NCBI GenBank assembly: GCA_036172245.1
Contig: JAYWIR010000002.1
Coordinates: 124,001 to 188,000, forward strand
Direction: 5' to 3'
Length of the DNA: 64,000 nt
Origin: Raillietiella orientalis
Lineage: Eukaryota
The notes below the pieces were generated by a model. That model saw only the letters and a program-made list of their open reading frames with translations, did not search any database and was not told the origin of the DNA. Shown here in pieces: positions 33,684 through 48,100 of this stretch. Each line of letters opens with the position of its first letter. Within the stretch, counting starts at the first letter, position 1. A program made the translations under genes and the position numbers.

Positions 33684-36600
33684 TCAGTTATAGCTAGGGA
33701 CTCATTGTGAGTGTGGTGACAAAGCAGAAATCCTGAAAGGTGAAACACAAATCCAGTTCATGTTAAGGACAAATGCATACGCGGAAAGTTTGGCTGGATT
33801 CTTCCGATGATCGAGGGAGTTTCTATGTGGAGATGCTTATCAGAGGAGCCTTTCCAGTATGTTCGAACGTTGGATTGCTGGTTTATACGATTTCAATGCG
33901 GCATTGCTGTGACTGAAGTTGCAGATTTCCGGAGATTGGGAAGACACTTGGAGTTTCTCAAGTTCTTTTCCTCCCTTTACAACCAGAATATATTGTTTAA
34001 TTTAAGTTTTCAAGTTTTATTTCGTTTTCTATGCAAGCCTGAATGCAAGCCTTTGCCGCCAGTGACTGCCTGGCGAAAGCATTCGCGAAGATGAGAGTGG
34101 CATCAGCAAACCGTGGCTAGCGATTTCCAACGCAGCCTCCGGCGGTCCATCTGAAAACCGTCGCTTTTCTGTTCGCGGTTTGCTTCAGAAACGAAGGTTA
34201 TCCGTAAGTTTCCGTGTTAGCTGGGATAGCGTCAAGTGAAAAACAAAGCTGTTCCTCGTTTTTTAAAACCGTGATCCCAAGTTCATGTCTCTGCCGCAGG
34301 CGTTTGCTCTCATTCGCGCGCACTCATTCTGTTTTGAAACTGCGTGTTGGGCTGTGAACACTTATGCTAACAAGCGTTGATCATAAACGTAACCAAAAAC
34401 ACCTTTGAAGATCCTCAAGGAGAACGGAGCGTAAATGATAAAAAAAAAAAAAGGAGGAGGAGGGAGGGGAAGAAGACTTTTTGTTCGAGAGAAAAAAAAA
34501 AATCTTGTATTGTGTGAATCTGTGGTCGCCGTTTCAGTTGAAAAAGATTCCGGTCAGCGGCCTGACGCGCTTGAGGCCTTGACATTCTATTGTGTGGGAT
34601 GATACGAGGTGGTGCGTCTTGATGGAAAATTCAGAAATTGCGCCCATCTGAGCAAGAGTGCATCATCGGCTCCCACGAAAATTGCTGCGCGGCTGCATGG
34701 AAAGAGTCGATACTGAAGTAGCAAAAAGTTTTCCTGCCCGACATGTTTGTGGAATGCTTAACCACTCCTGCCTGGGTGGAAAGGCATGGGAAAAATTATC
34801 TTTCATATGCACCCTGAAATCATGGGAGAGAAAGTGATGCAACTTCCGTGTTCCACGTTTCTCCATCCTAGCATTTCCTGACTAATGTTTTCCCACTTGT
34901 GCTCATAAGGGTTTGCCTATCTATCGGGAAATCCAGGCAAAAGCAATAGAATAGAAGAAACACGCACAAACACGGAATCCAGTTTGGTCTGTTTCCAACA
35001 AACGGCTCTTTTCTCAGATATGAATAAATAGTAATAATAAACAGATGATTTGAAGTGGCGAGTGAAAGAAAATTCAAATCATTAGAGGCAATTCGAAATT
35101 CTCTGGGCAGTTCAAAATTATAAAAATTCAGAACGGTCACTGATGTTCAATGACTCAATTCAGGAAGTATCATAACCTGTACATGGTTACGAAATTCTCA
35201 GTACGATGCGTTTCTTTTCGTAAAGGATTTACTTATAGCAGCAAAATCGTTAAGCACGGCAAACTCGTGATGTCAGCCGGGTCACACCACTGGCCTTAGG
35301 ATAGAATGTACACCACACATAAACAGACTTTCATCCTTCAAGATGACTCGCTTCCATCCATCCCTTTCAAATGGTTGCTGGTGCTTTTTACGTCGTTATC
35401 TTCTTTTTTCTTAGCAATCGTCTTTTCAAACCTTGCTTTGGAGAAAGGCACATATAAAGTTTTGATTGTATCTTTAAACATGAGTTGTACAGATCGACAC
35501 GAATGAAGCGAGGGCTTTTTTCTTCAGCGGTTCTTCCATTCCCGTAGCATCTTCTTTAGGCAAGGAAAAAAATAATGATGCATCAATTCAATAAGGTAAA
35601 CGAGTTAGTTGAGTCAGATAAATTCCTGTATTCTCATTATTCCCAAGTTCAAAATCAAAGGTCACGAGAACTCCTCTTCAAGATTAATCTTGCAAAATGA
35701 AAATAATAGATATTGATCACTGTTATAGTTTATAACGTGAAGAGTTCCGTTCAGTTGACTTCACTGATTTTGCATGATTCTGGCTAGAGAAAGCCTCAAC
35801 AGTTCGTGTTCGTTGTATTCCTACCAGTTTTGTCGAAAAGACCTCAGTATAATTTTATCCCTTTCGCTTTTTATTAACAGCGGCTGTGAGAATTAGCTTG
35901 CAAATTGGAAAGTAATTTCAACATGGATTAGATTATGAAATAAGCCGATATTTGAGTTCATACTTCAGAAATTCACTGATTGTTTCATTCCTTAGGAGCA
36001 TTGGTGTTATATTCAATTAGAGTACTTGTAAGTAATATGGCTTCTGCTTCCTCTCTTTTAGTTTTTCTCTGGAACATGAAATCTTACATTTTACATGTAA
36101 GAGAACTTAGAATACATCCATCTTCCCTCTTTCCAGATGAGTTGATTGTAGCGTTCTTTCCGATCTCACAGCATCAGAAAGATCTCAGGAAAACTATAAA
36201 ATATAAGTATGGAGTTCGTTGGGATGCCTTGGTGTTACAGCTGTTGGAGAAACCTCACTGAAGGATTACATGTAATAAAAACTTTATTAGAGCATCTGTC
36301 ACGATAAAACAAAAATGTGTTGCCTTATCACAAAGGTATTATGATTATTACTGATGAATCACAAGGAATCGATCACTCAATCATCTTAATAAATATGCAG
36401 TAAGATCGGAAATGCACGGAGGCAAAATGATGTAAATATAGATACATATACTCGCATCAACATGAAGTACACATTGCAGCTATATCATACTTCAGTAAGC
36501 CTCTCATATAAATAATTAAAAGGTATTAACACATACTGAGACAATTGCAACATCCAAGTAAAACACGCATTGGTGAAATAACGAAGAATGTAAATGTCGA

Positions 36601-37486
36601 TCACTTGTAAGTTTCATCCAAACTGCTCCGCTCATTGAAGAATTCAGGTTAAAAAATGCCAAACCTTTCAGCTATGGCCAAAAAATGTTGCAAAACATTT
36701 TCCTGACGATTGTGCCGGTAACAAGCTATGCTTTGAATACGTGACTGAAATTCATCGCAACTGGTGTACATAAAATGTCCCCGGTATGAAGTGTTTTTGT
36801 GTTCTTCCGTCATGCCATTTGAATCCGAGGAAAACCCAACTTCTCACTACTTGGCAGAAAACAAGGATGGCGTAAATAGGATCTAGGATTTCGAAAGTAA
36901 ACATGCAAAAGGTTTGAAAAGTACATGCAAGTAAATAATTACGAAAAATAAAACCGAAGCGGCAACGGTTGAACGGGGGAACCCTAAGAAATGCGCAAAA
37001 TTTGTTTTTGCCCATCACGGCGAGCGCGATGGGCAAAAATAGCATCGACTAAGTACGTTCGTTAAATGGTGCGTTGTAAAATAAAATAGTGTGTGCCTGT
37101 TTGTCGTAAGGGTGGCCATTTCAGTTATGCTTGTCAGTGTAAGGGTTTGCTGCTATTACCTCAAGTGGGCAATTTAATGTAGTTCATAAAATACAATAGA
37201 CGAATTGCCTGTACATCAGTTTAAAATAGCATGGTTCCTTGAACTTCGTTCATATTAAAAAATACGATTTCGATTTCAAACTGTTAAGTGATTTTTCAAG
37301 TTATACAAATGTGTTTTTGAAACAGGAACTTTCATTTTAAGTATTCACAAGATTGCTATCTTTGACTAAGTACTAATTTGTAGGGTGTTGCTTCCACATT
37401 ATTTTCAAATAACTCATACTTGCCAGCTACAATAAACGCTATAGAATTTCCTTCTGAGTTAGTAAAATGAATTTTTAACGAGCAGC

Positions 37487-38103
37487 ATGGTGGAAGAGGA
37501 AATTGTTCACATAAATAAGCCAGAATTACAGAGACCACCAGTTAGGACAGCTGCTGATTTGCAGCGGTTGAGGCTAGAAAGACTTTTAGAGCATCCAGTA
37601 GGTGTTATCAATGATTATGGAATTAAAATGCAATCAACTAATTGCAGGAAAGACCTATAATAATTCCAGAACGTCCTCCTGAGCGTTCATTTCCAGAACC
37701 TCCAGAATTTGTTCGTAATGTTATGGGATCTAGTGCAGGTGCTGGCAGTGGGGAATTCCATGTGTATCGACATATTAGGAGAAGAGAGTATGCCCGGCAA
37801 AGATTCATTGCAGCCCAAGCACGTAGAGAAGAGCTTGATGCCGATTTTCAAAAACGTCTCCAAGAAAATCAGGAAAGATATGAGCAACGAACTGCAAAAC
37901 GTCGACTGAAGCGATTGAAAACTAAAGAGAGAAAAAGAAAAAAGCAGCGGACGGAAAAAACAGCACCTGTTTGCCCCGCATCCCCTCAGGATGAACCCCA
38001 TACTGAATCAGATTATTCACCTGAACATGTAAATGAAGAAGATATAAGCCTGGAAGAGTTGCAAGAGAATGCACAAAGTGAAAGTGACCCTAATGTTGAG
38101 TAA
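37487..38103 (+). CDS. PRKRIP1: PRKR-interacting protein 1 homolog (spliceosome C* factor), 188 aa
   Basis: Exons 37487-37597 and 37648-38103 with a 50-nt GT-AG intron. Contains [14 protein letters not shown] and the signature [31 protein letters not shown], followed by a basic coiled coil. Confidence 0.95.
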
Positions 38104-41100
38104 AGTGTGAATTTCATCCACCTTATGATAATTACCAGCAATGGATCTCACATATTTTTTTTGCTTTGTTAAAAAAACATCTAAACATGATTGAAATTGA
38201 TGATATTGTTTCCTTTTCTTTTTTTTTTTTTTTTTTACCATGCTTGGGATCTTAAATGCAAGAAATAACAAGAATTGGTTAGAAGCTATTTGTGAGATAG
38301 AATTGTTTCTTAAGATATGTGACAAATATGGCACACTTTATGCTAGAGTACAGTTTTCTATTAAATGATTTTCATCTGTGAATGCAAAGTTCAATAAACA
38401 CAACAGGCACCTCAATGAAAAATAAAAACAATTGGAATACCTATCATGAGCACAAGTTTGAAACAAGCTTTTTTTTTTCCATATGATCTGTGTCAATTCC
38501 AATGCTTGTTTCTGAGACAACGATGAGTAGCCAGCGGGGTGAGGTACTAATGAAGGGAATCAACAGCAAAGCATGTATTGTTTAAAATTTACAGATATTG
38601 TATGCTTTTTATTTCATCCATTGTGTGGTATCAAACACAGTGAAAGGTCTACAGTAATCCCAGGACGAAAATTCATTTTGGAGGCAATAGGTGTACATGC
38701 TCAGCTACAGCGGTTTTGGATTTGTTTGAACAAATAAGCATCCTACACTTTGCACAATGTTGCACAGGATAACAATTTAGCTTTCGTGGCCGATGGTTTC
38801 ATTTTATGAGGACCTTTAGAATTCAGGCAAATGTGTCACATGACAGTTCTGGAGCCTTATAAGGCTCTGGCTTGTGAGTTCTGCTCTCGTAATGTGTTGT
38901 CACTTGTTTCTTAAACACTCTACATGTCAGAATTAATAGTTGCCCTCACGGTGTGCTTAGCATGAAGGCTCGCGACTGTATAGGTTTTTCTGTGTTCAAC
39001 AAAGGAAATGGAACCAATTTTGAAATCTTGGTTTCAGTTCCTGCATCATGGCAACAAAAGCCATTGCATCGTGCAGCAAACAATGTTGATACCTGATATA
39101 GATCGTACCCCGAGAAGGCCCCAACGTATTTCTCTCATCGCGGACCCACGAAAATCTCGACGCATTAGTTCTGTGAAAATATTCTAATGGCTGTGCACCG
39201 GTGAACTATGTTGCTGTGAAAAACTCCACGGGGCACCAAGAGCTCATGTTTATGCGGATGCAGGGGAAAAAAAAAAGTCAGACCCATCCAATGAGGATCA
39301 AATCGCACTTAGACTCATTTTTGCTTTCTTTGGCAAATCCATAAATCAACCACAGGTCACGTAACGTTTCAAGCTGTTTTTATGCTGTCAAATTTCTTGT
39401 GGCAAGCTGCCGGACACCAAACACCAAATACAGTGCACAGTGATTCAGGGTGCATTAATTTTTGAGCAGTACTCGTGAAATGCTAATCGCTGTTATCTAT
39501 GTAATGATTAAATACCATAAAATAAAATGCAATGGATGTAGATACACTGTTTAAGTACTATGGATCTTATACCTTGCGTCTGTTGCTCGTATGTTTCATT
39601 TAGGCAATACGTATTGGTAACATTTGAATGCTAACAATTTTATTTAATCTACAAGTAAACTTCGTTGATTTTCTTTCTGGAGTATTTAGATTAGTTTGCT
39701 ACTGTTCGGTTTCACGTAAACATAAATCTCCGCGCCACTATCAGCATCAAATACATACTAATTAGGGACACATATATGTTTGTGTTGCATATTATGTCTC
39801 ATTACCCTATAATAAACTATTATGAAATGTTACATATAGACAGTTAAGCACTGAAAGATCTTACCCTGACTACTGTACACAATTCTTTCACAAAGAGAAG
39901 TATACATTATACCTAGGAAAACATTAACCGTAGTTTTATTTAACTTCCTTTGTATACTATTCATCGTGTGATTATGGTCTGAAGATAAGGTACTATTCGC
40001 TCTTCGGCTAAGTGGTTTAGCTCAAAACATTTATCTCGAAGCAAAGGTTAGTTCGGTCTCTTTGCTTCCAGGAAAGCCCTCCGTTTATCTCATATCTCCC
40101 ATTCTAAAATAAAAGTCCAGCTGAACAATTGCCTTATTCGTCCATATCTCCTATTGGTCATTCCGTCACTACTAAAGTCCATTCACTCTCATTCAAAAGA
40201 AGCTTTATCGAAAGACATTGTAAATTATCTAGAAGGAAAAGTCTGATGTAACACTTGCTCAACTTAGCCATCAGGAACCCCCTCAACCTTGGTGCCACTC
40301 TAGCATACTTACCACTTTCGTTCTCTTATTCTCAGCCTCTCTAAGTCATACATCCTCTCAGAAGTCATACAACTTATCTAATTCATTTCATTCCATCACA
40401 AGTCAGCTGCCGCCATGGGCAGTCAATATTCTTGCCTTGATACTACCAGGTATTCTCGCCGATTCCTCTCAGCAGTCCTTCTAGGCATCACAATATTCTG
40501 CATTGAAGACTACATCTTTGAGCTACATTTTCAAGCACCATCACCCTCTCGATAAAAGGATGGCGATGCAACAACTATGTTTACTTCACCCATACACATC
40601 GTGATCGCCATCCTATCATCTTCATCACATCAATAACACTTTCCTTCGTTAACACACTCCTTGCCTTGTACACGTCATTCTACACTCGAAAGTTATTTTC
40701 ATCTGTAAAATGAATCGGTCTTATCATTATCGGCTTCATCATCGACATGGAATGTGTATTAATGAAGAACTAAGGAAACGGATTTTCTTCTGCAAAGAAG
40801 TGTTTAATCCTGGAGTCAAAGTGAGGCATCGCTCAATGCATAAAGAAGACTGCAACATGAAAGTAGATGAGAATAACAGTATCTGCATGGAGTCCTTGGA
40901 ACTGTTGTCACCAGAGCTCTTTATCGGTGAGAAACTTAACAAGGAGTCGCATTCCATTCTCTAAAGAAACCTATCTGGATAAGTTTCGTCTTTGGCACAT
41001 CATCCGAGGAAGTCTTCCACTTTTGAAGCTGCTGCTACCCATCTACTTTCAACAAACTCTTGCCTTCGGTGATTCATTCTTGCATTTGTTCCTGTTGCAA

Positions 41101-44100
41101 AGAATAACCACCCCACAATGGAGCAGCAAGAATCTACTGCTTGTGATAATCACTGCGCTAGCTGAGAAGCCTGTTTCTTGAAAACATGCACTCAGGCCAC
41201 GGTAGCATGCTGCGAAGAGCATTTCTTGTTTCTTGAAGCGTCCAAGAGAGCGGTAACAGCAGCAGAAGATCCTCGTTCATCGGGGATTTGCAAGCGCCTT
41301 CTCAAAGATCGAAAAGAAGATTGCGCTGCTCAAGTGCCTGACTGCTCGACTGATGTGTTGAAATTCTGTTGGAGGCACCACCCCGCTTATTATTACACGC
41401 TCCCTCTCTTCTCCGGTTCCGTCGGCTGCTTTCGAGAAGGCAGGAGGGGAAAGGCGAGCCCAGCAGCAAGAAGAGCGCTTGCGATCTGCTGACACGCTGA
41501 GCTCTTTCACGAAGGATCAGTTCCGTCTTTCCCGGATCGAGTCTCGGTGATGGATGCCCTGAAGTTTCGATGCGGCGCCGGACGTGAGGATGACGTGCCA
41601 GCAAAGTTCCGGGTTTTCCTGTCGCGACCGCCGCGCAGGGAGGAAACCGAGAAGGTGTGCATTCGTCACGCGAGGGCACCAAAGGATGCTCAGGGAGGGA
41701 TGAAGGATGATTCGCTTTCGCGGCAAGGGAGCAGACGAGCAGCTGCAGGACTGAAGGCGGTGGTGGGCCTCTCGTTGTTTACTTTAGCGGAGGGGGAAAC
41801 GCGAGAGGGAAACACGCATCCGCATGCTCCTTGTTTATTTAAGCAGCATCTGAGGCGATGGTGACGTATCGCGAACCGGATGCCAGGTATGCTGGAGTGT
41901 ACCGAGCACGGGAATTTCAAACCGGCGGATCAGCCAATCAGCCGAGAGCGAGGCAGGGTGGATGGGCTTTGTGCGCTGAGGAAGAGTGCAGTTGTTTTCC
42001 TTCCTCTTTCCCACTGCTGTGTTCTAGGGGTAAGCAAGAGGAAGGGGGAAGGGCGGCGCGCGGAGCAGGAGACTTCTCTCACGGACCCAAGGAATCGCCG
42101 CTACCAGAGTTTTTCATTACCCCCGAGGCGAAGGGAGCGAATGCTGTTCCTCCCCCCCCCCCTCCTTCCCTTCCCTTTCCGTCTTGTTTCAACCCCTCTA
42201 GACGCAAAGGGACCTCAGCTCTCCCCTTGGGAGGAACCAGCACTTCGGACCTTCGTCTTCGAATAGAAATGCGTAGCCCATACGCGGGAGGGAAAGGGGG
42301 GGGAGGTGCGCTCGTCCCGCGATGGGCAGGGGGCGCTTTCGACGGCGTTGGGATGGTCACGCATGTGGCCTTGAGATCTGCCGCGAAAGCCGCCTGCCCC
42401 TTGCTCCGGCGTGGTCTCACTTCCGGTACCTCTCTACATGTGGCCGGTACCGGAGCAGAACACGAACGCGTCCCCCACCTCGTGCTCGAGACAAGGAGGA
42501 AGAGAGACGCTCGGGTCAGAGGGACCAGAGGGACACCCCCCACGGATAGCTCCGGGGCTGCGCCGGAGCTTCCGGGGCGCCTCTCCTCGCATCGCTTCCC
42601 GGTCATGCGGGGAAGGAGGTCGGGCAAGGCGACCAGGAGGTCCCTCCGCGGTCCTTCCAGAAGAAGGAACCTTGCCGGGTTTCCGATTCCTGGGGGAGGG
42701 CAGGTCTTGAGGTGATCCTCTCGCCGACTCCATGCTCGCTGTGCACCTTCGGCACAGGAAGGGGGGCCCTGTTCGGGGGAGACGCCGCCGGCGATTCCTG
42801 GCGAGCAGTCCCTCGCGCCCACGCCTCTGCCCTGCCTTCTGCTTGGGTCCAGGCGGGAGAGGGAGGTCAATGGGCAGATTCCTCTGGCTGCCACGTCCTA
42901 AATCTTCCCGGTAGAGAGGATGGGGAGGGTAAACGCTTCCCCTCACCTTCCTTCCTTCGCTGGACCGGATATCCTCGGGAGTGGACGGGAGGTCAGCGTT
43001 GTTTCCCACGTGTTACGGCTCTCTACGTTGCTGCGCAAGGGACTTCCGTCGATTGGGAGTGGGTAGTCACTCCAGTCCCGAGGGGTCCGAGGAGAGGAGA
43101 GTCACTCACGTTCCTTCCCTCCCATTGCGCACCCTTGCCGCACCCCACCCCATCGTTGCGGCCCCGCTGATCCCCTTCGAGCCTCGCGCTCCGGAGGGCG
43201 GAGGCCCCACCACCCCTCGTACGATCCTTCGGGGAAGGGAAAGGGCGCGGACGGCGGGTCGCCCTTGTGCTCCTCCCCGAGGTGCTCCCTGATCGAGGCC
43301 CGAGGGCGCGTCTTGCGCCCCAGGACTCCGAGGAGCAGGAGGAAGGGGGCTCCCGTCTCCAGGGGTTCCAGTGGAGACGCCGAGAACAACCCTTCCTTCT
43401 GGCGACCCTTCTTCCCTCCCTCATTCGAGACTTCTGCCGTCCCCTCGCCTGCCTCCGCTCCCATTGCCCTGGGACCCGGGAAGATGCGGAGGGGGGAGCG
43501 GTGTCTTCAGGATGACGGGAAGGGAAGCTCCCCACCGGTGAAAGGGCGCAGAGAGACTGCAGGTACGGACGAGGTCTCCGGTCCTTTCCCCCCTCCCCTT
43601 TCCCTTTCTCCTTTGCTCCCCCGCTTCCGTCTCAGGAAGGCTGCTAGCCCTTCCAGTCCCTCATTCCTGTGCCTGCCGGGAAGGGCCGCGAGACAGCCCG
43701 CGATGCTGTGAGGCTACATCGCGAACTCCTCCTCATGCTTTGCAGCGCCCCGCCGGTCCGAAGGCGCTGAAGCTAACGCCCTCCGGAGCAGCATGACGGG
43801 AGGTGCTCCCGGGACGCCCCCGACCCAGGGAAGCGGCAGCCCCAGAACCTCCGCCGTCTCGAGCGATGCCCGGGCGGCTCGGAGCCCCTGAGGATCTCTA
43901 GTCGGCCGCAAGGTCAGGACCTCTTCCGCAGTCACCGGGCAGGGGCGGGCTTCGTGGTCGAATGGATCCTTTGCCGTTCTCATGCCAGCGACCTGCGCAT
44001 CTGCCGGCGGCGGATGCATCCGGCCGAGGATGCAACTCACCTGCATCTCTTTGAGGGATGGCACGCGGCGAACCCCAGTGCTCCAGGACCCACGGTTTCC

Positions 44101-47100
44101 CTCCCTCCCCTCCCAATTCTTGGCGGCTCCGCCGTCACCCGCTCGAGACGTCCATGACTACGCCAGTGGGGCGCCCGTCCCTTCCACCTACCCGGGGGGG
44201 CGTCTCCTGCCCCCATCTCGATGTGCCCATCCTCGAATGGGCTCTAGGAAACCGCCAGCAAGATCACCCGGAAGTCCGCTTCCGTGGGCAAGCATTCTTG
44301 GAGGCGAAGAAGGGAGGAGGAGGGAAGCGTCACAGACCCTTCTGGAACATTGCGGCCCGACAGGATGAGGGAGGGAAAGCAGGGAGCAAGAGGAGGTCCA
44401 ACCGACACCCCCTTCTCCACTTTTCTTCAGCCCCGTGGGGCGTAGGAGCTCCTCGGAAGGCACGGAAGCTTCGCTGCCCCTCCGAAATCGGGTGAGAACC
44501 TGACAGGAGTGACCGAGGTACAGCCTTTGAGAAGGTTCGCCCTCAAAACCGCCGCACCCCACTTCGTGGGCGAGAAGGAGGGGCGGAATGCGGGTGTTCC
44601 ACTGGCGGGATCACGGAGCGACGAAGCCACCACCACGACCCTCCTGGGAAAGCGGTCCTTTCGAGCTGGGTGGCACCCTGGGTCGCTGCGGGGTGCGCGC
44701 GGAGGGGGCGGCCGGATGCTGGTGGGGACTTGCACCCCCTCTGCTTCCTGCCGCCAAATCGCCGACACTTGCGAGTGCCTGCTTGAGGTCGGCCTCCAGG
44801 TCGAGGTGTTCCGTTGGCCTACGGGCTGGGCATTCGCGCGCTCCTTAGGGAGGACTTCCCTCGCAGTCCTCCTAAGGAGGGAGCCTGCTCGGACCTCCGC
44901 TCCCTCGAAAGGCGTCCCGGAGGATCGCTGCGACGGTCACCGTGGAAGGGACGGACTCGCCTTACCATGGAATCGCTGACGTCACGGGACGGAGTCCTCC
45001 AGGCGACGGATGCACGCCCGATGCGCGGCTGGGGCGGGTCGCCCCTTCGCCGGCGGCCACGTGGGAGTCGTCGCGCCCCCCTCCACCCCCATCCCTACCC
45101 TCGCGAAACCCGTCCGGCGGGTCTCGCGGAGGATCCTTAGCCGGGGCACCAGGAGGGCGGCAAGCGTGGCGGCGCCATGCGGGAAGGGTGGCCCGGCAGG
45201 CAGAGACGGACCACCCTTTCCTGAGGGATCGCGCGCTGCCCTCGCTCCGCCGCACGCGCTAGGAGGCGCCGAAGGAACCGCCGGGGGCGGTGGACTTGAG
45301 CGGCCGGCCGGCCGTCGCTGGAAGCTGTCGCCGTCTTCGAGTGTCCCGAGAGGGGGAGGGAGGGGAGGAGAATGGGAAGATCTCCCTCGGAACACCAGCG
45401 CTTGGAAACGGGGGACAGCTTCCGGGAACGAAAGTAAGCCACGAGCAAAGAGAGGGGCGCCCGAAGCGACCGTCGGGATCCGAGCACCTCTGATCCGGGG
45501 CCGCTTCCCCCGGGAAATATGGACGACGACGACGCTCGAGAGTGGGGCCCGGAGAGGGAACGCGCCATCGAGGGGATGCGGGCCTCGAACGAGGGTTGAG
45601 AGGGAGGAGGAAGTGGGCCGTGAGCGGACTGGTGAGAAGGAAGGGAGGAAGAGAGAAGAGGAGGAGGAGGACGCCAAAATGGTGGCGACAGCGTGCTGGT
45701 CATCGCGTCGGAAGGAGTTCGCAGTCCGACAGGATGAGGGGAGGGAGAGCGGGGTGTGAGAGGAGGCCCGTACCCTTCTCGGAGAGAGCCTGAAGCACCC
45801 TTTCCGGAAGCACTTCCCTTTCTCCCTACCGGGATTCCCCTCCCACCAACGTTCCCACGGCGCCTTCCGCTTTCCGTCGGGATCCGGTTTCAGAGATGCC
45901 AGCGGTGGGGTTTGGCGGAAAGGCGGACGGATGGGCATGCGGAGGACTGTCGTCCCCTGGGAAGTCCGCGTTGGGCGTGGCGTCCCTTTGCCCTCCCACC
46001 GCGGCGAGAGGTCTCGGCCCCACGAGAGTGGCAGGAGCGGGGCTCGCCCCGTCTCTCCCTCCCTCCCTCCGTCCCCCTCCCTTCTCTCTCGCTCTTTCAC
46101 TCTTTCAAAGCGCTCTTCGCGACGACGGTGGCGGGCTCCACGGAGGCTCCACAGGGGTGGGGACTTCGAAGGGGGTAACCTGCGTCTCCCTCTGTGAATT
46201 GGCGATCCCCCCTCATCGGTTACCCCTCCCCTTCCTTCCCTCTGTGAGGGGCTCCTTCCCGGTCGGAGGGTTCCTCCCGTGGCCCGGGTCTGACACGTCC
46301 CTCGGGGGAGCTCCGTGCATGGTCTCTGTGATCCGCGCCAGAGGGTGCCATGAGCGCCCTCCGACCCTCCTCCTGTGAGGGCCACGTGATCTCCGAGAGC
46401 TGAGGGCAGTGGCTTCTCGGCTCCACCGGCGTGCCAATCGCTCTCGCGGCGAAGCGGGGAAAAGGGTCAGGAACGGGGAGGAGCGCGCCCTCGGCCGAAG
46501 TGGCCCGCGCACGGCCCTTCCCTGGAGGCGCCCCTTCGCTCTTCTCCCAGCAGCGGGGACGCCCGGAGGGTTGACGTCCCTCGGACGCATGTTGCCTGCG
46601 TCTGACTGCCCGGCGCCCCTCGCACCCAAGGGCGGCAGAGCGACTGCCTTCAGCAAAAGAAGCGGTGCGGAGGGGGGAGACTGCCCACGGGTCAGCATCA
46701 GCCTCACATCTGCTACGGGGGGATCACCGTTGGGAAAGGGCGCTTGCCGTGGCGGCATTCCGAGGGTGTCTTCACCCGGGGGTACCCGGCAGGCCCCTCG
46801 CCTTCCCCTCCTACCACTCCGGGAACCTCGGAGACGGGAAGGAGGAGCACCGAACTCTGACCTCTGCTCTCCGCAGCAGACTCATCTCCCGACGGCAAGC
46901 AGTGGCCTCCCTCAGTCGCGCGCAGGGTTCTTCCCAGCGGATGGCCCTTCCTCCTATGAAACCCTCCCTGGGTCCGCCGCAGGGAGGTCCTCAGATCGCG
47001 ACGAACCCGCCTTCCTTCCCTTCCTTCCCATTTCCGGAGAAGCAGAGGCTGACAGCCACTCGAGCAACTCGCTCCGTGGGGCCCCCGTCGGGGCGGGCGG

Positions 47101-47399
47101 AGGGAACGCGCGTGGTCCTGGATTTCATTCTTCTCACCGTTCTGGGCTGAGGGACGCCTCGGGGAAGTCGTCGCGAAGAGGTCGGCGGCGAGAAGGCATC
47201 GGCACAGGTGAGCCGCAGATCGTGCGCTGGCAGCCCTGCTGGAAGGCTCGATGTTTTGCTCCACGCTAGCGGCGAGAAGTCTATAAATAGCTCGCACAGG
47301 CGGCAACGGATCAACAATGCGTGCGTCCTCGGCGCAGGATGCGCGCGAGAAGGGAGCATGGCGGCGGGCGCTGCCCCGTTCTGGATCCCTCGTGCCGAG

Positions 47400-48100
47400 T
47401 CGCAACGGTTCCAGTAACATACGTGTTCCTTGCTTTCCCGGAACTTCTGCCCAATAGCAGAACGGTGAGTACGCAGTTGGAATCATCAATCGTTCCGCTT
47501 TCCAGTTCATAAACGACTCCGACCAAGTAAATTTTTTGTCGTGTGTTGAACGGTTTCCTTTGACAACGAAAGTGGGGGTGCGCATCCTTTTTTTTCTCGA
47601 AGGGAGCGTTTCAGCACGACATCCCATGGGAGTGGACTGCAGCGCAACAATGCAGTCGACGGGCGCACCAAGCGGGAAACAAGCGTTTCGTGAACCTTCC
47701 GAGTTCGCCATATCGGGAATAAAGTGCAACAAAATGGCGCACCTCGAGCATGGCGCATTCCAGGCCCACGGTGCACGTGGGACGTTGTTGGGTCATCTGA
47801 GAGGGCCTCGGTACATCAGGAGCGTTCGGGGCTCAGGACTTCCGACTTCGGGAACTGCTAAACACACGGCAGTCGGCACTGCTGTATAAGTCGGAGCCCT
47901 GGGTTTGGTACGCTATGCGACGGGAGGACGTCCAGTTCACGATCGCCCTCGGGGCACCCGATAAGCAGTTGGCCTTTCCCTGGTGGTGGTAGCAAGGACA
48001 CTTGCCTCGGGGAAGAGTTTCTTCCGTGTGAGGCCAGTAGACCCTTCTCCTCGCTCCCAGCATCGAAAGAGCTGCCCGATCAGCTAGTTCCACTCGAAAT
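47400..48100 (+). mobile_element. possible highly decayed RTE-clade LINE reverse transcriptase relic
   Basis: Lower-GC island with frameshifted peptides in RTE order: RFPLTTKVGVRILF, LLGHLR..RGSGLPTS, SALLYKSEPWVWY (cf. LLYGSETW) and PSIE. Weak. Confidence 0.25.
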
